Shown: positions 25,441 through 37,914 of the stretch, piece by piece
Layout of the letters: each line of letters begins with the position of its first letter
Numbering within the stretch: the first letter of the stretch is position 1
DNA from: Welwitschia mirabilis
Lineage: Eukaryota
Direction of reading: 5' to 3'
Length of the DNA stretch: 52,671 nt
Assembly: GCA_051453625.1 (NCBI GenBank)
Contig: JBOZIK010000001.1
Location: 41,499,898-41,552,568, forward strand
Notes under the pieces: generated by a model
Told to the model about the DNA's origin: nothing
The model's database searches: none
Seen by the model: the letters and a program-made list of their open reading frames with translations, nothing else
Program-made: the position numbers and the translations under genes

Positions 25441-28000
25441 AAGATGCACAAATTAAGAAAACTAAGATTATACATTTAAGAAATGGAAAAGAACTTAACC
25501 AGAAAATATAAGAAGTAATCATACAAAGAAGAAGAAGTACAATAAAAATAAGCCTAGAAGTAAGAAAAAGGTAGAGATGAAATATGAAGATGAAGAAGTT
25601 GTCTCAACTTTTAAAGAACACCTATCCTTTCCCCAACAACTTAAAAAACTTATTTGGCTAAGAAATAATGAGAAGCACTAAAAGGTTTGAAAGAAGTAAA
25701 GACTAATATTCCTCTTTTATAAGGCATTAAATAAGTGCCTTCCCATGCTAAATTCTTGAAAGATCTATGCACTATTAAAAAAAGGATGAATGTAAAAAGT
25801 AAGTCCTTTTTTGTTTAAAAACTTAGTGCTATTATTCAAAATTAAATTCCCCTAAAATACAAAGATCCTTGATGCCTTAGCATATTATCATCATTATAAA
25901 TACAAACTCTTACCCTATAGTGTATATAAGGAACTTAGTCTAAATTATTTCAAAAATACTAAACTTTAATTATAATTGGTTGATAATTCTTTGAAAGCAC
26001 CATTGAGCATACTAAAAAATGTGATTATTTAAGTAGAAAATTTCTAGTTTCTTGTAGACTTTTTAGTTTTATAAATGGAAAATACTAGAATCTGTACTAG
26101 TTATATTATCCTAGGAAGATCTTTTCTTGATACTTTTAAGGCTCTTATCAATTGTAGAAGTGGTCTTATGAATATCTCTTTTGGTAACATAACTATTGAG
26201 TTGAATCTCTTTAATACCATGAAACAACCTAATGATTTAAAAGGAGTAGAATTTGTTAAAATTCTTGATGATCTTGATTCTTCTCCTATGAGAAAAAATG
26301 TTTTCCTTATTTCTCTATATTCTTTAAATTATGATTTTTATATTAATATTAAAAATAATCCTTTTTTTGTTATAGATTTACCTCTTGAGGATCTAAGATA
26401 TTTCTTTGATGATGATCCTTCTCATCCTTTGATTTCTAATTCATCTATATTTTCATCAAAGAAAAAANNNNNNNNNNCCTTCTTAAGTTTTCAACTCATG
26501 TGTGGAGGCCTTTCATGAAAAATATTTCTAAGTCTAATTTGTCACTTGATCATTATCACTTTGATTGTGAAAACCTAATCATTCAAAAATTTCCCTTTCA
26601 TTCATAAGTATACACCAGCCTTATGAACCTAATTTATTTTTATTAAATGAGCTTGAACTATATTTACCTACTCTAATCTTGGAATGCTTAGATCAAACTA
26701 TGGAAAATCCTCATCTATCGAAGGATGATCTTTTCATTAGAAAAAGGCCTAATCATTTCCTTTTATCTCATCCACACTTTAGCCATTATCACTCATTTAA
26801 ATCAGCTTTAGATAATGCNNNNNNNNNNNNNNNNNNNNNNNNNNNNNNNNNNNNNNNNNNNNNNNNNNNNNNNNNNNNNNNNNNNNNNNNNNNNNNNNNN
26901 NNNNNNNNNNNNNNNNNNACTTTAGCCATTGTCACTCATTTAAATCAGCTTTAGATAATGCTTCATTACCTACATTTCATCCAAGTCTTCCATCATCTTG
27001 TGAGTTCATAAGACTCAGTGATCCTAGTTAATGGTCTTTCCTTTAATCCATGAATAAAAATATCTTTCAACTTTTTAAAGTTGAGTTAAAATTTTATAGG
27101 CTTTTGCTTTTTTATTAGCTAGTCCTTTGAATTTTTGAGTTCCTTATTAAGATTTGCATGAATTTAGAGATCTCTCATTTGGAATCGAGGAAAAATATAG
27201 AGTTTCTTATTTTATGTTGTTTTCTTATTTCAAAGCATTCATGGGGATGAAATCATTTCTCTATTAGGCTATTGAGTCAATGAACCCTTTTAATTTGATA
27301 TAAAAAGGAAAAATATAATAAATAATAAATCAAATAAAAAAAATCTTAAAGCTCTTTTTGCACATTTTTATGGTCATTTTTATTGGGTTTAGTTAACTAC
27401 ATCTGGGCTATTGTGATACATTTATCTACATCGGGGCTATAGATGCTTGCTAGTAATGTAGCACTAAATCATTTTTGTATAACATGTTAAATCTATTATA
27501 AGAAAGTATCACAACAATAAATGCTCAATGTGATTGAACGCTTAAAACTTGAATGTCCATTAAAGAAAAAGGAAAAGGAATGAAATTAATTTGAAATTAG
27601 AGAGATCTTTTATTTTCTTGTTTTGACAATTGAATTTGAGATTCCTTGGCTAGTTGTAAATTCATAAGGATTTACTAATTTATAATTTTCTTTTTTAGTA
27701 AATGATACACCCAAATTTATGTAAATAAATAAAACCACTATATTACCTTTATTTTGTTTCATTTATTCATAATGTTCATAGTACGATTTGTTATTTCATT
27801 CATCCATTTCATCAATTTCCATTCATTTTTGATATCCATATCAAGCCATAATCCTTTGTAATTCCTTTTATGAAAAATCACAATAATAAACATGTTGTGT
27901 TTTTTATGATTTGATCCATCTGCACATGTCTAGATCTAAGATAAAATTGATTTAAACCATTGATAAAATCTAGTCATCCAAGGGTTCTTATTTCATCCAC
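25441..28000 (+). mobile_element. Athila-like host, right part: gag C-terminus, protease, non-coding 3' region (family B)
   Basis: IHLRNGKEL; EVKTNIPLL..I..VPSHAKFLKDLCT; KYKDP; IILGRSFLDTFKALINCRSG. The 3' region is similar to 15.4-16.3 kb. Right boundary approximate. Confidence 0.8.
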
Positions 28001-28559
28001 TTTCTATTAAAACTCATGATTTTTGAGCCATCCACACCTAGCACTTATAGTTTTTGTGATCTTCACATTACTACAACACTCATCATCTTCACTTAACCTA
28101 TGTCTCCATGTTTTGTTAGTGCTATTATCTACCCTCATTGGTGCCACCATCTGTTCTCCTTGTTGTGCGTCAGATTTTTTCTTAAAGTGTTATTTTGGCC
28201 TCTTCTTGGTTTATAGTTTATTGATGAGCTCATTTTCATATTTAAAATTTTTCCATTTTTATTTTACTCCATTTTTTGCTTTCCTAACTTTCACTTTCGT
28301 TTTTATTCTATTTCCATTTATTTTTCTTTCTTCCATTTTATCATTTCAAGCCACTATAAGTGAAAGAGTAGGATCGTTTTTAGAAAAAAAACATCGTCAC
28401 ATAATTTCTTGCTTTGTTTATATATTTCTACCTTAATAAAGCTTAAGTAATAAATTGACATTATTTAATAAAGAAATATGGAACCTACTACTTCATAAAA
28501 GCTATTTTAAATTTTCATGAGAATGTAATAATTAATGATGATGGCCCTTAGGTAATCCA

Positions 28560-28988
28560 TTCCTCTATTTGATACACTTCCTTTGTTATTTTCCTTAATG
28601 ATGTAGAAGCTTCGTTAGGAGTTGAGCACTATGATAATTTGCCTTATATTCTTACCAAATCCTTTATCTATTGTCATGCTATACTAAATGTTAAATATGC
28701 ACCAAATAGAGAAGATACCCTACCTTTAAATACCTCTACACAAACCAACTTGTACTTTTTAGATTTATCATTGGAAATGTTTTGTTCACATTTCATGTGA
28801 CCAATGCCTATAGTAATCACCTTGATATAATTAGGATTATCCAAGATAGTAAAACCTTTTATATTGTCAAATGCCTCTCTACTACTATAGCAAATAACAT
28901 GGACCACAATAGTAATCTTCCCTTCCCTTGCTTAGTTTTAAACTTGATTTATAATGCCTTAGCTTACAACCTAGACTTTGAAGGATGA
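28560..28988 (+). pseudogene. Remnant of Athila-type accessory ORF (putative plant transposon protein / Transposase_32-like)
   Basis: GNVLFTFHVTNAYSNHLDIIRII...NLPFPCLVLNL resembles the N..P..H.S.......LL..I ... LPFP.LIT.L pattern. Confidence 0.4.
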
Positions 28989-29668
28989 GATAAGAACTTC
29001 ATATAGATCATTATTCCTAAAAGGACTACCCAAATTAGCAAGTGCAAGAATCATGATTAGATTTCAGGGGATCTTTAAGAGATTCAAGAAGAAAAATAAG
29101 AATATTCTTAAAGGAATTCTCCTCATTCTCAACCTCTTTCTTCTTCCTACTCTCTAATCACTATAAAAAGAAAGAGGGAGGCATCTATTGGTGAAAACTC
29201 TCATCCCATCCTTTTCTACCTTCTTTCACTACTTCTTCTATTACTCATAGACATTCCTCTACTACTTTAAGTAATACATTTTTAGAGGAAGTCCCCAAAT
29301 CTTAAAGGACATAAATTGGAAGATTCTAGGGAAAGATGAAAAAATTTTAAAAAAATAAAAAGAGAAGTCTAAGAAGTAAGAGATGGATATCAAGTTAGAG
29401 AGGTTGGCCTCTCATAGAAGATCTTTGAGCTAAATTTCTTTCATTCTCTCACTATCTCACCATTTCTTATCTATGTTTTTCAATTGCAATAGCTATATTA
29501 TACTTGCATCATAATTTATTATAGTGTCTTTTGTACTTAGTGGAAAGTCAATATAAATTTATTTCTCTCTAAATATAGTTTTAATTATAAACTAAAACTT
29601 AATTAGAAAATTCTTAATTTGGTTTTAGGGCTTTGAAAAGTAAGATCTAAAGCATAACTCTTAATACA
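28986..29668 (+). mobile_element. Possible short LTR-like segment
   Basis: TGAGATAAG...CTTAATACA imperfect inverted ends and TATA CTATAAAAAG at 29161; TSD not convincing. Confidence 0.3.
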
Positions 29669-30886
29669 ATTGATGTTATCGACCCCCCTAACTAGCACTA
29701 ATGCCTTGACCTATGCACATGGATTCACTTTTTACATGGATACTCTACATCATATTTCTTATGTTTATAGCATTCTAGTCTTTGTTAAAAATTTTCAAAA
29801 TTTGACTTATTAAAATTTATCANNNNNNNNNNNNNNNNNNNNNNNNNNNNNNNNNNNNNNNNNNNNNNNNNNNNNNNNNNNNNNNNNNNNNNNNNNNNNN
29901 NNNNNNNNNNNNNNNNNNNNNNNNNNNNNNNNNNNNNAACCAAATCTTCATTTTTGATTTTTAGTCTTTCATTTGCATTAGTTTGAATTTTATCTTTTCT
30001 GTTTTAGTCATGCATTATACATTTTATTTTAAATAAATTTTCTTTTTAGCTTATTCTAGACTATATTAGCACATGCATCGTTCATTCCTCATTGTATTCA
30101 CATTTAATTTTTCATCTTTTTAAACTTAGCAAGACTATGAACCACTAGCTATCGACTATGTCTGCTCCATAAAATCTATAAAATTGACTATGTAAGTGGT
30201 ACCATATTCATGTAAACCATCTAAAAATGAAAATGAATGGTTTATTTGAAAATTTTCAAAAAATCTGGCAGAGAAATAGGAAATTTTCCAAATAATTTTA
30301 GGCTAAAAAATAGTGATACTAATGAGGGAAGGTGACATTGCTGGTTAAATGTCAAGCTTTGATTTAAGTTTTTACACAAAGTTTTGCAAATCGTACATAG
30401 AATGATTGCAATAATAGGGTTAATAATGAAATAAAACTAAAACAAAAAACATGAACAAAATTGAGCTCAACATTATTAGAATCATGAGAAAATTTTTGGA
30501 GATTTTAATTTTTTAGCACATAGTGCAATTGTAGAAATAGAAATGTAGAAAAACTAAATTAAAAATGTAGTACATAATGTTAATTAAAAATTTTTAATTT
30601 TTAAGTTTTACTCTAAAAGCAACTTGTAAATAAAACATTAGACCTGCATGAAACAAGCTAGTACTAAATCAAAAACAAACTTTGAGCAAGTTGGACTAGT
30701 TCGAGTTTTACTAGAATGACCAATACCAACCATTAAAATAAAAGTTAAACACACAAAATAAAAGAAACAAGACTAGTTCAGTTATCACTAGAGAGGACCA
30801 ATACCCACCACTACAAAAGTAAAAGCTATATATAAAAACTTGCAAGAAGATAAGTAGTGCTCCTATGAGATACTATCGTGCTGTTA

Positions 30887-31545
30887 TCCCCTAGCAATCA
30901 TGCCAAAATCTATTCATTATTTTAAAATGTCCAGGTTTAAAACTATATTTCTACTTAGTTATCATTATTCGTTAGGGATAACATGGGTAGTAGTTTAGAG
31001 TTACACTAACTCAAAATTAATGCAAGTACAAATTCTAGGAAAAGAAAAGAGAAGAAAGAAGTGATTTAAGAGTTTAAGTTGGAACTTTAACTAGAGAAAA
31101 GGAAAATCAAACTAGTTCCAAAGTATTACCGATTTGCTCTGAAGCAATTCTTCACTCCCATTTTGTGCAATGCTTTCTTGTAACATACTTAAAACCATCA
31201 AGTGTTTTAATTGAGATCATGATGATATAATCTCATTCACCATTTGAGTAATGGTAAACTCAATTACCACTTGATTTTTTAAGCCTTAAGCAATAGTAAA
31301 AAGTAAGGACCCTAAGCACTTAAAATCTATAAAGTTAAAATAATTAGATCAAGTATTAAGAGATATCACTCAAAAATAATAAAGCTTCAATGATTAAGTT
31401 GCTTCCTAAACATCCAAAATACAAATTAGCTTATGAATTGAAATAAGAGGCAAACAACTTATGTATTACAAAACTAAAAGTACTTACAAAAATGTAAAAA
31501 CAATGCTAGAATAACTCCTCAATAATCCTTAAAGACTATCTAACT
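30887..31545 (-). mobile_element. 3' portion of a family-B LTR plus tRNA-Asp PBS
   Basis: Inverted homolog of ~17385..17800; PBS TGGCATGATTGCTAGGGGA at 30905..30887. Confidence 0.7.
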
Positions 31546-31599
31546 TGTTGGTTTCAAAGAAATCTGAATTTACAATGAAATCCCTATAATCCATATGAA

Positions 31600-32250
31600 C
31601 TAAATTTGAAAGAAATATTTTTGAAAAATGTAAATTAATGCAGTTGAAAACTGAATGTGCTATCTACTGATTGACAATAAATCAATAGAGTTTAATGCAC
31701 ATTAAAGGAGCAAACATAATAAATCATTAATGATAAAGAAACAAAACTTTAAGTGCCCACTTTATATTTATTATGAATTTGACATTCTTCTCAACATTAT
31801 GTTTGCCAAAACAAACATCCAAGGAAATGATCTTAATCTTTCTAATGTAACTTGAAAAAATTTAAAATAGTTTGAGAAACAAATATATAACTTAAGCCAA
31901 GAGCAAATTGTTTCAATCTTAAACAATGAAATGTTACAAAAACGTCTTTTCTAATTGACTGAATGATAGACATATAAATCAAATTTTAAAACAAAAAGAA
32001 AAAAAGGACTAAATGCCATTTCGAATTTTTATAATAAAACTATTATATTAAAGATAATTCAGAATGTCCAAAATAGCTTGGTAAAAGAATGCAATCAAAA
32101 TATTATTAATTTGAAATGCACATTACATAAGATTGAATATAGAAACTTCACAAATGGATTCAAAATTGCTAAAGAACTAGTACAGACATTTGATAGGCAG
32201 TAAATAGGCTTTACAATTGGCAGTTATTTGTTTGATCTAAAATATTAATA
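31600..32250 (+). mobile_element. Possible hAT (ZMYM1-like) transposase remnant
   Basis: NKTLSAHFIFIMNL (cf. NP.A.Y.PC..H.LNL) and EYRNFTNGFKIAKELVQTFD (cf. YR...F......AKE.A...D). Confidence 0.35.
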
Positions 32251-32649
32251 GAATATGCAATAGATTTTACATTAATTACAAAATGAAGCATAAGTTTAAA
32301 CTGTGTTGTAGTGGTCTTCTTAATAGTGTCTAGTAATGTTTTCACGGAATTTCCTTTCTTTGTCTCTCCCATCTTTGATTTCTGTGAATAAGCTTTAGAA
32401 GAAAAATGCTTTAATAAAAATACTAAAATGATAGCAAATTTATTATTATTATAGGTTACTTAATGACTTTTCTAATGGATTCAAGTCTTGTAACTTGTTG
32501 GAATTTCACTCTTTTCCTTAAATCATAGAGTTACACCTCTCTCTTAATAAGCCAAACTTTTTATACATTTCTATAATAATCCTTATATTACAAAATTAGA
32601 TAACAAATCTTAAATTTTAGATTTGAATCTCAATCCTAGGAACTAACAT

Positions 32650-33720
32650 GGACGACCAAGTTCTTATTTCATAGTTGTTTTCTTATTGTAGATTATTTTT
32701 TAAAAGGATTGGGCTCGTAATGCCTCCTTTGTAGAGTAAACCAAGGAATACTTTACTGACTATATTTCTGAAGTAATATCTACTTTAAATATCCTATACC
32801 AATAGCCATGTTCTTACTTTTAAAGGCTGTTGTATTTAAGACCCTATAAATTGACCAAATAATCTATTCATGTGAAGATCAAGCTTCTAGTATTTCAATT
32901 GTATAAGGGACTAGACTTCATTAATGCCTAAGTTATTTTTTTTTTATCTTCTTTTCCATGCATAAATGGTTATGAAAGGTTCTTATTATACAACACTATT
33001 TATTATGTAGCTCTATGCACTTGTTCCCTTATTATTAACTCTAGTCCTCTGCTTGTGATGCATTTTTATTCGGTGTCTCATCTATGATCTGGTGTCTCTC
33101 CCTTCTCCTTATTGCATTTTCTTATTATGAGCACTGTCCTTAGGTATTTTGTTTAAGAACTTCCTTTATCCATACTCATACCTAATGCTGTTAGCACTTT
33201 ATGATGCTACATTTATCAGCTGTGAGATGCATCACCCTCTTCTCTATCAGTATCCTCTTTTTATTGTCGATCACTATGCTAGGTCTTTCTACATGCACTA
33301 ACTTTCCTTTAAACAACCCTCATTTGCTTCTCTTATGAATGGCCATTCTTTTTTTATATCTGCGATGCTACTGTCATCTACACTAGCTAGCTTTGCATTA
33401 TCTATGCCAACTATGATCCACTCAAAGCTAGCTCCTTCTTTTTTGTTGGCTATCTTTGTAATGCATGCTAATGCTATTTCTCTTATTTCCTTTTTCCTTC
33501 TTTTCTCCACGCTATAGTGTCCTCCTTGCTTTAACACTATCTTTCTTCTTAATGCATGAACTCTTCTCACTTAACACCATCTAATGTGATAATCTCTTAC
33601 TCTCTTGCTATGATAACTACTTGGGAACATAGTCCCTGTAGTTCCAACCTCTTATGATGATGTCGTTTCCTGACTTAATTTTGTGTGATTTGGAAAGAGA
33701 ACATCCTCAATCATGAACAA
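32650..33720 (-). mobile_element. Highly decayed coding remnant, possibly Copia gag/pol
   Basis: Purine-rich minus-strand ORF fragments with a KQGGHY knuckle-like trace; no decisive motif. Confidence 0.25.
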
Positions 33721-35039
33721 CCTCCAATGTAATCTCTTCATCTTTCATTTTGTTGAAAACTCTATTTTTGCTTGTAAATATGACAATTGATCATTGAAAA
33801 AGAATGAATATAGAGAGTGGAATTTGAAATGATATGCATTTTAAGAGGATCCCTCTTTGCAAGAGTAGTACAAACTACTAACGCAGCCATTTTCAGTGTC
33901 TAAAAACCTCTAAAAATTCCTTTGTTTCTCCAGAGATTCTCATAAGCCTTAAATTGTAATTGCATCTATAGAAAATCTCTCATTTATATGTCAAGTATTT
34001 CAAATATTTATTTCCATTTTTTATGGTCATTACCAGATTTATCACTTGTAAAATTATTCATCAATTTACCATGTGAAGTTTTCTTAAACTGGTTATCACA
34101 AGATTATTATTAACCATTCTCATCTTAATTTGCAATCCTAGTCCTTCACTAACTATCATATTAGTGAAATAGCCATGGTCCATAGAAAAGAGCATTTATA
34201 ATGAAATTAAATAATAATTTAAACATGAATTTACACACTATGTTGTAGAAGGGTCTAAGTGTTTTTGTATTTTCTTGCATTTCATATTAGGACTATGCTA
34301 GTGTGAGTGCTCAATTTCACTTTGCATTTGATTTTTATGCAAATTAGCTATTATCTTCACTCTTAGATAACGTGAATAAGTAAATTTGCTAGAGACAATA
34401 TAGTACAACTATGAACAAGGTAGTGAATAAAGAAAGTTACATTGGTAATAATGGTGGTGGATGAAATCAATGCATATATGAGAGGTATGTCATGATGAAA
34501 CCAAATATTTAAGGGAAAATGTGGTCATATGATTGATAAAAATGAAGGATAATTGAAGGTTTTCTAAGTTCATGAAGGGTAAATGTAATTGTACATTTTA
34601 ATGATAACTTTGATTGCATGGGCTTTTATTTTTAGAATTCAATCTAAGATTTCTATAGATACATTAATGGTGCCATTTTTGATTTTTACCATAATGCAAA
34701 CTCCTAACAAAACTTTTCCATTTTAGGTTTTTAAGAAAAAAAAGGAGTTAGAATGTGTTATACCCAATAGCGCTGTGATGAGTTAAGTCATTACACTTGA
34801 GTTGATTGGTGATAGGGAGACAAGTTACATCATCATACCTACATGAACATAAATATAATAATATTGTGACCTTAAGGACATTAAGATAAATCTAATATTC
34901 AAGGTATAAATACCAATAAACCCCCTTAACATTAAGGTCACAATTTATTTTATGTGAAAAGAAGTAGGAAGAAAGAAAGAGAGTGTTGGAATTTTAACTA
35001 ATGCAACAATAACATGTCCTATAATAGATGAAATACTAC

Positions 35040-36045
35040 CATCTCTCAACCTTAATGTCAAGGATATTCAACTAATCACAAAGTAACTCAAATCTACTTT
35101 TGCCTAATACCTTTATAAATAAGTGTGCAAGCTATGCAAGTGATGAACAATAGTATACAAAAACTAAGCCATCCTTCACTTTTGCATGAATAAAATGATA
35201 CCTGATGTCAATGTGTTTTGTACATGCATCTAGAATTAGATTCTTGGTGATGGCAATTGCTGATAAATTATTAGAGTGTAGTGTAATTAGAAAATGAACT
35301 AAAATAAAAAACTTAAAAAATAAACTTTCAAGCCATACAATTTGTTGACATGCTAAATGAATTACCATGTACTCTACTTTAGCTATTGCAGTGCCATACT
35401 TAACTGCTTTTTACTACACCAAGAGATCAAACAATCATCAAGAAGCATTATGTAACCTATTGTACTTTTCCTATTATTAAGACAACCTATCTAATTTTCA
35501 TCCACAAGCCCTATCAATTGGATATTATTATTAGATTCATAGAATAAACTATAATGTAATGTGCCTTTCACATATTTCAGTAATCTTTTAATGTGCATGT
35601 TTAGGGGCATTCATAAATTATGAAGCAATACTTATAGCAAATTAAATATCTTAGTTAACTACATTAAACTTTCAATCATATAATAATATAAACATTTATC
35701 AACTAAATGACTATCCATATCTTTAGTTAAATTTACATTTGTATCCATTGGAGTAGAGATTAGTTTACATTTATGCATTTCAAATTTTTGAAGCATGTCA
35801 TGTGCATATTTGTATTGGTTTAGGAAGATTCCATTAGAGAGTTGATGAATTATAATTTCAAGATAATAAGAGAGCAAGCCAAGTTTAGTTATTTCAAATT
35901 CATAATTCATCTCATTATGAAATTATTTAATCAAAAAATCATGTGTTCCTCCAAATATAATATCATTAACATAAATTAATATAAATATGATATGATTGTT
36001 GATAATTTTTAGATAAAAAGTATTTTCAAAGGAACATTTTTTTCA
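35040..36045 (-). mobile_element. Ty1/Copia RT-RNaseH remnant
   Basis: EFEITKLGLLSYYLEIIIHQLSNGIFLNQYKYAHDMLQKFEM..CK.ISTPM and NLSAIAITKN.....TKHIDIRYHFI; purine tract downstream near 35040-35055. Confidence 0.9.
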
Positions 36046-36383
36046 TAAGAACGATTTCTAAGATATAAAGTATTTTCATAAGAACGATTTCTATAGCCTT
36101 CATTCAATTCATGTACGGTTCCTTGAATATTTTCTTGTATGATTTATCACCTTCATTCAATTCTTGTATGACTTATGATCTTCATTCAATTCTTGCATTT
36201 CTCTCTATTATCATGATTTGTATTCCTTAAAAGCTTGGTTATTTCGTATTTTATCAAAAGCTTATAATTTCTGTACATAATTCAAATTTCATGTTTTTCC
36301 TTCTCTATCTTGACCATCCCCATCATGTTTTGAGCTAGTGACCATTTGTTTACTAGTAGCTAGAATATAATTTGGGTGGCTAA

Positions 36384-36570
36384 ATAATATATTTTCCTAG
36401 AGAGTAAAGAGGTAAAAATTTCCCCCTTCTAGGTGTATTGATTAGATTTTAATAATTCCTCTAGAGAATAAACGAGTAAATTATCCCCTTTGGAGATGTA
36501 TATGTGAGATTCCAAATTACAATAATTCCTCCAGAGAATAAAGGGGTAAATTATCCCCTCTAGAGATGTG
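36384..36570. repeat. Three ~67-70-bp tandem units with palindromic core
   Basis: AATAATTCCTCYAGAGAATAAAGGGGTAAATTATCCCCTCTAGAGATGT-like units at ~36384, 36451 and 36521. Confidence 0.75.
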
Positions 36571-37166
36571 TAACTATGTAAATTGAAAATGTAGTTGAGC
36601 ATATTTTGCAATGCACTTTGGATTGTTGAAAGTAAATCTTGAATTGTTGGCCTTGCATTATTGATTTGTCTTGGTCACATATTGATCTTCTATGAGAAAC
36701 CCTTCATTGTCCTTAAAAACTTTCCCTTTCCACCTAAGCCTTACCATGGACTACACTAGGGATTGTGATGATTTCACAATTCTCATATCATATTATATAT
36801 GCAAGTTAGATACTAACATGGATTCTAGTTATAGAGAAAGAAGTACTTGTTGCTAATGGATTGGAATACTTTGTTACTATTTCATGATTTATGTATTTGT
36901 ACTTATAATCTGTGAAAAAATACTATGATTGTAAATTTTTCTATAAATGATATGTAAACATTGAAATTCTATTGTTATCCTCTAAAGCTATTTATGATTT
37001 GACTTATTCTTCAACATTTTATTATCATGGGTAATTGTCTTCTTATAATAAAATTTTGTTATTATATTAAGTTATGTTTTAAAGCATGATAAAATTTTAA
37101 TCTAGTACACAATAGTGATGAGAAGCATTGCAAAAATTGCATTAGGTAATGTTCATAGTTTTGGGC

Positions 37167-37345
37167 TAAAATTAGGATATTACAATTTGGTATCAAAGTG
37201 CCTAGGTTTTGATTTTCTCTGGGCATAATTGTCATGAAGCCATTAAACTTTCAGTGTGAAATTCAGGCCATTACAATTTAGTATCAGAGTGCGTAGGTTT
37301 TGATTTTCTTTGGTGTGATTATCGTGAAGCCATTAAACTTTTCAA
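37167..37345 (+). repeat. Tandem 91-bp duplication of an LTR 3' end plus tRNA-iMet PBS
   Basis: TTACA-ATT-TGGTATCAAAG at 37188 and TTACA-ATT-TAGTATCAGAG at 37279, with duplicated downstream flank. Confidence 0.75.
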
Positions 37346-37914
37346 CATCAAGCATAGGTTGTGATTTGGCCACGCCAATTTGATTTAACATCTAATCTCA
37401 AAGTATTCAATTTCTTGCTTATATGCCTTGTAAGACCATTGATGCAAGGTGTTTTCTTAGAATCTCAAGCATAGTATGTTATCTATTTCTTGATTGTAAG
37501 TCATTCTTAGTAGGAAAGTAGTCCCAAGATTCAAAACAAGAATCTTTCTGGCTTAATTAGAAATGGTGTTAAACTATTATAGATCACGCTTTGCTCTAAT
37601 AATAGTAAAGTTAATGATACTAATCAATTAAAAATGATGTTAAATTATTATAGATGAGTTCTAGGTCTTCACAATATTATTGAATTTACAGTCCAACTAT
37701 GTGCATAGGAGAAAAATCTAAAACATACTGACCGCATCACCAAAGATAAATAAATACCAACTACCTAATATAAATAAGAGAATATCATCATCATATAATG
37801 CTTATGATTTACACTGATGGCTAACAATCATACAAGAATGATGGAGCCAATAGAAATGGATGTCCATGTCCACTGATGCATATCCTTGTCACTAATAAAT
37901 TTTCTCAAATAATA

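Noticed and set aside
28023-28436. 137-aa hydrophobic ORF resembling a membrane or env-like protein
   Set aside because: Non-ATG start and Phe/Leu bias explained by T-rich low-complexity DNA
36384-36570. CRISPR-like repeat-spacer pattern
   Set aside because: Only three degenerate units with short spacers, no cas genes, and a plant LTR context
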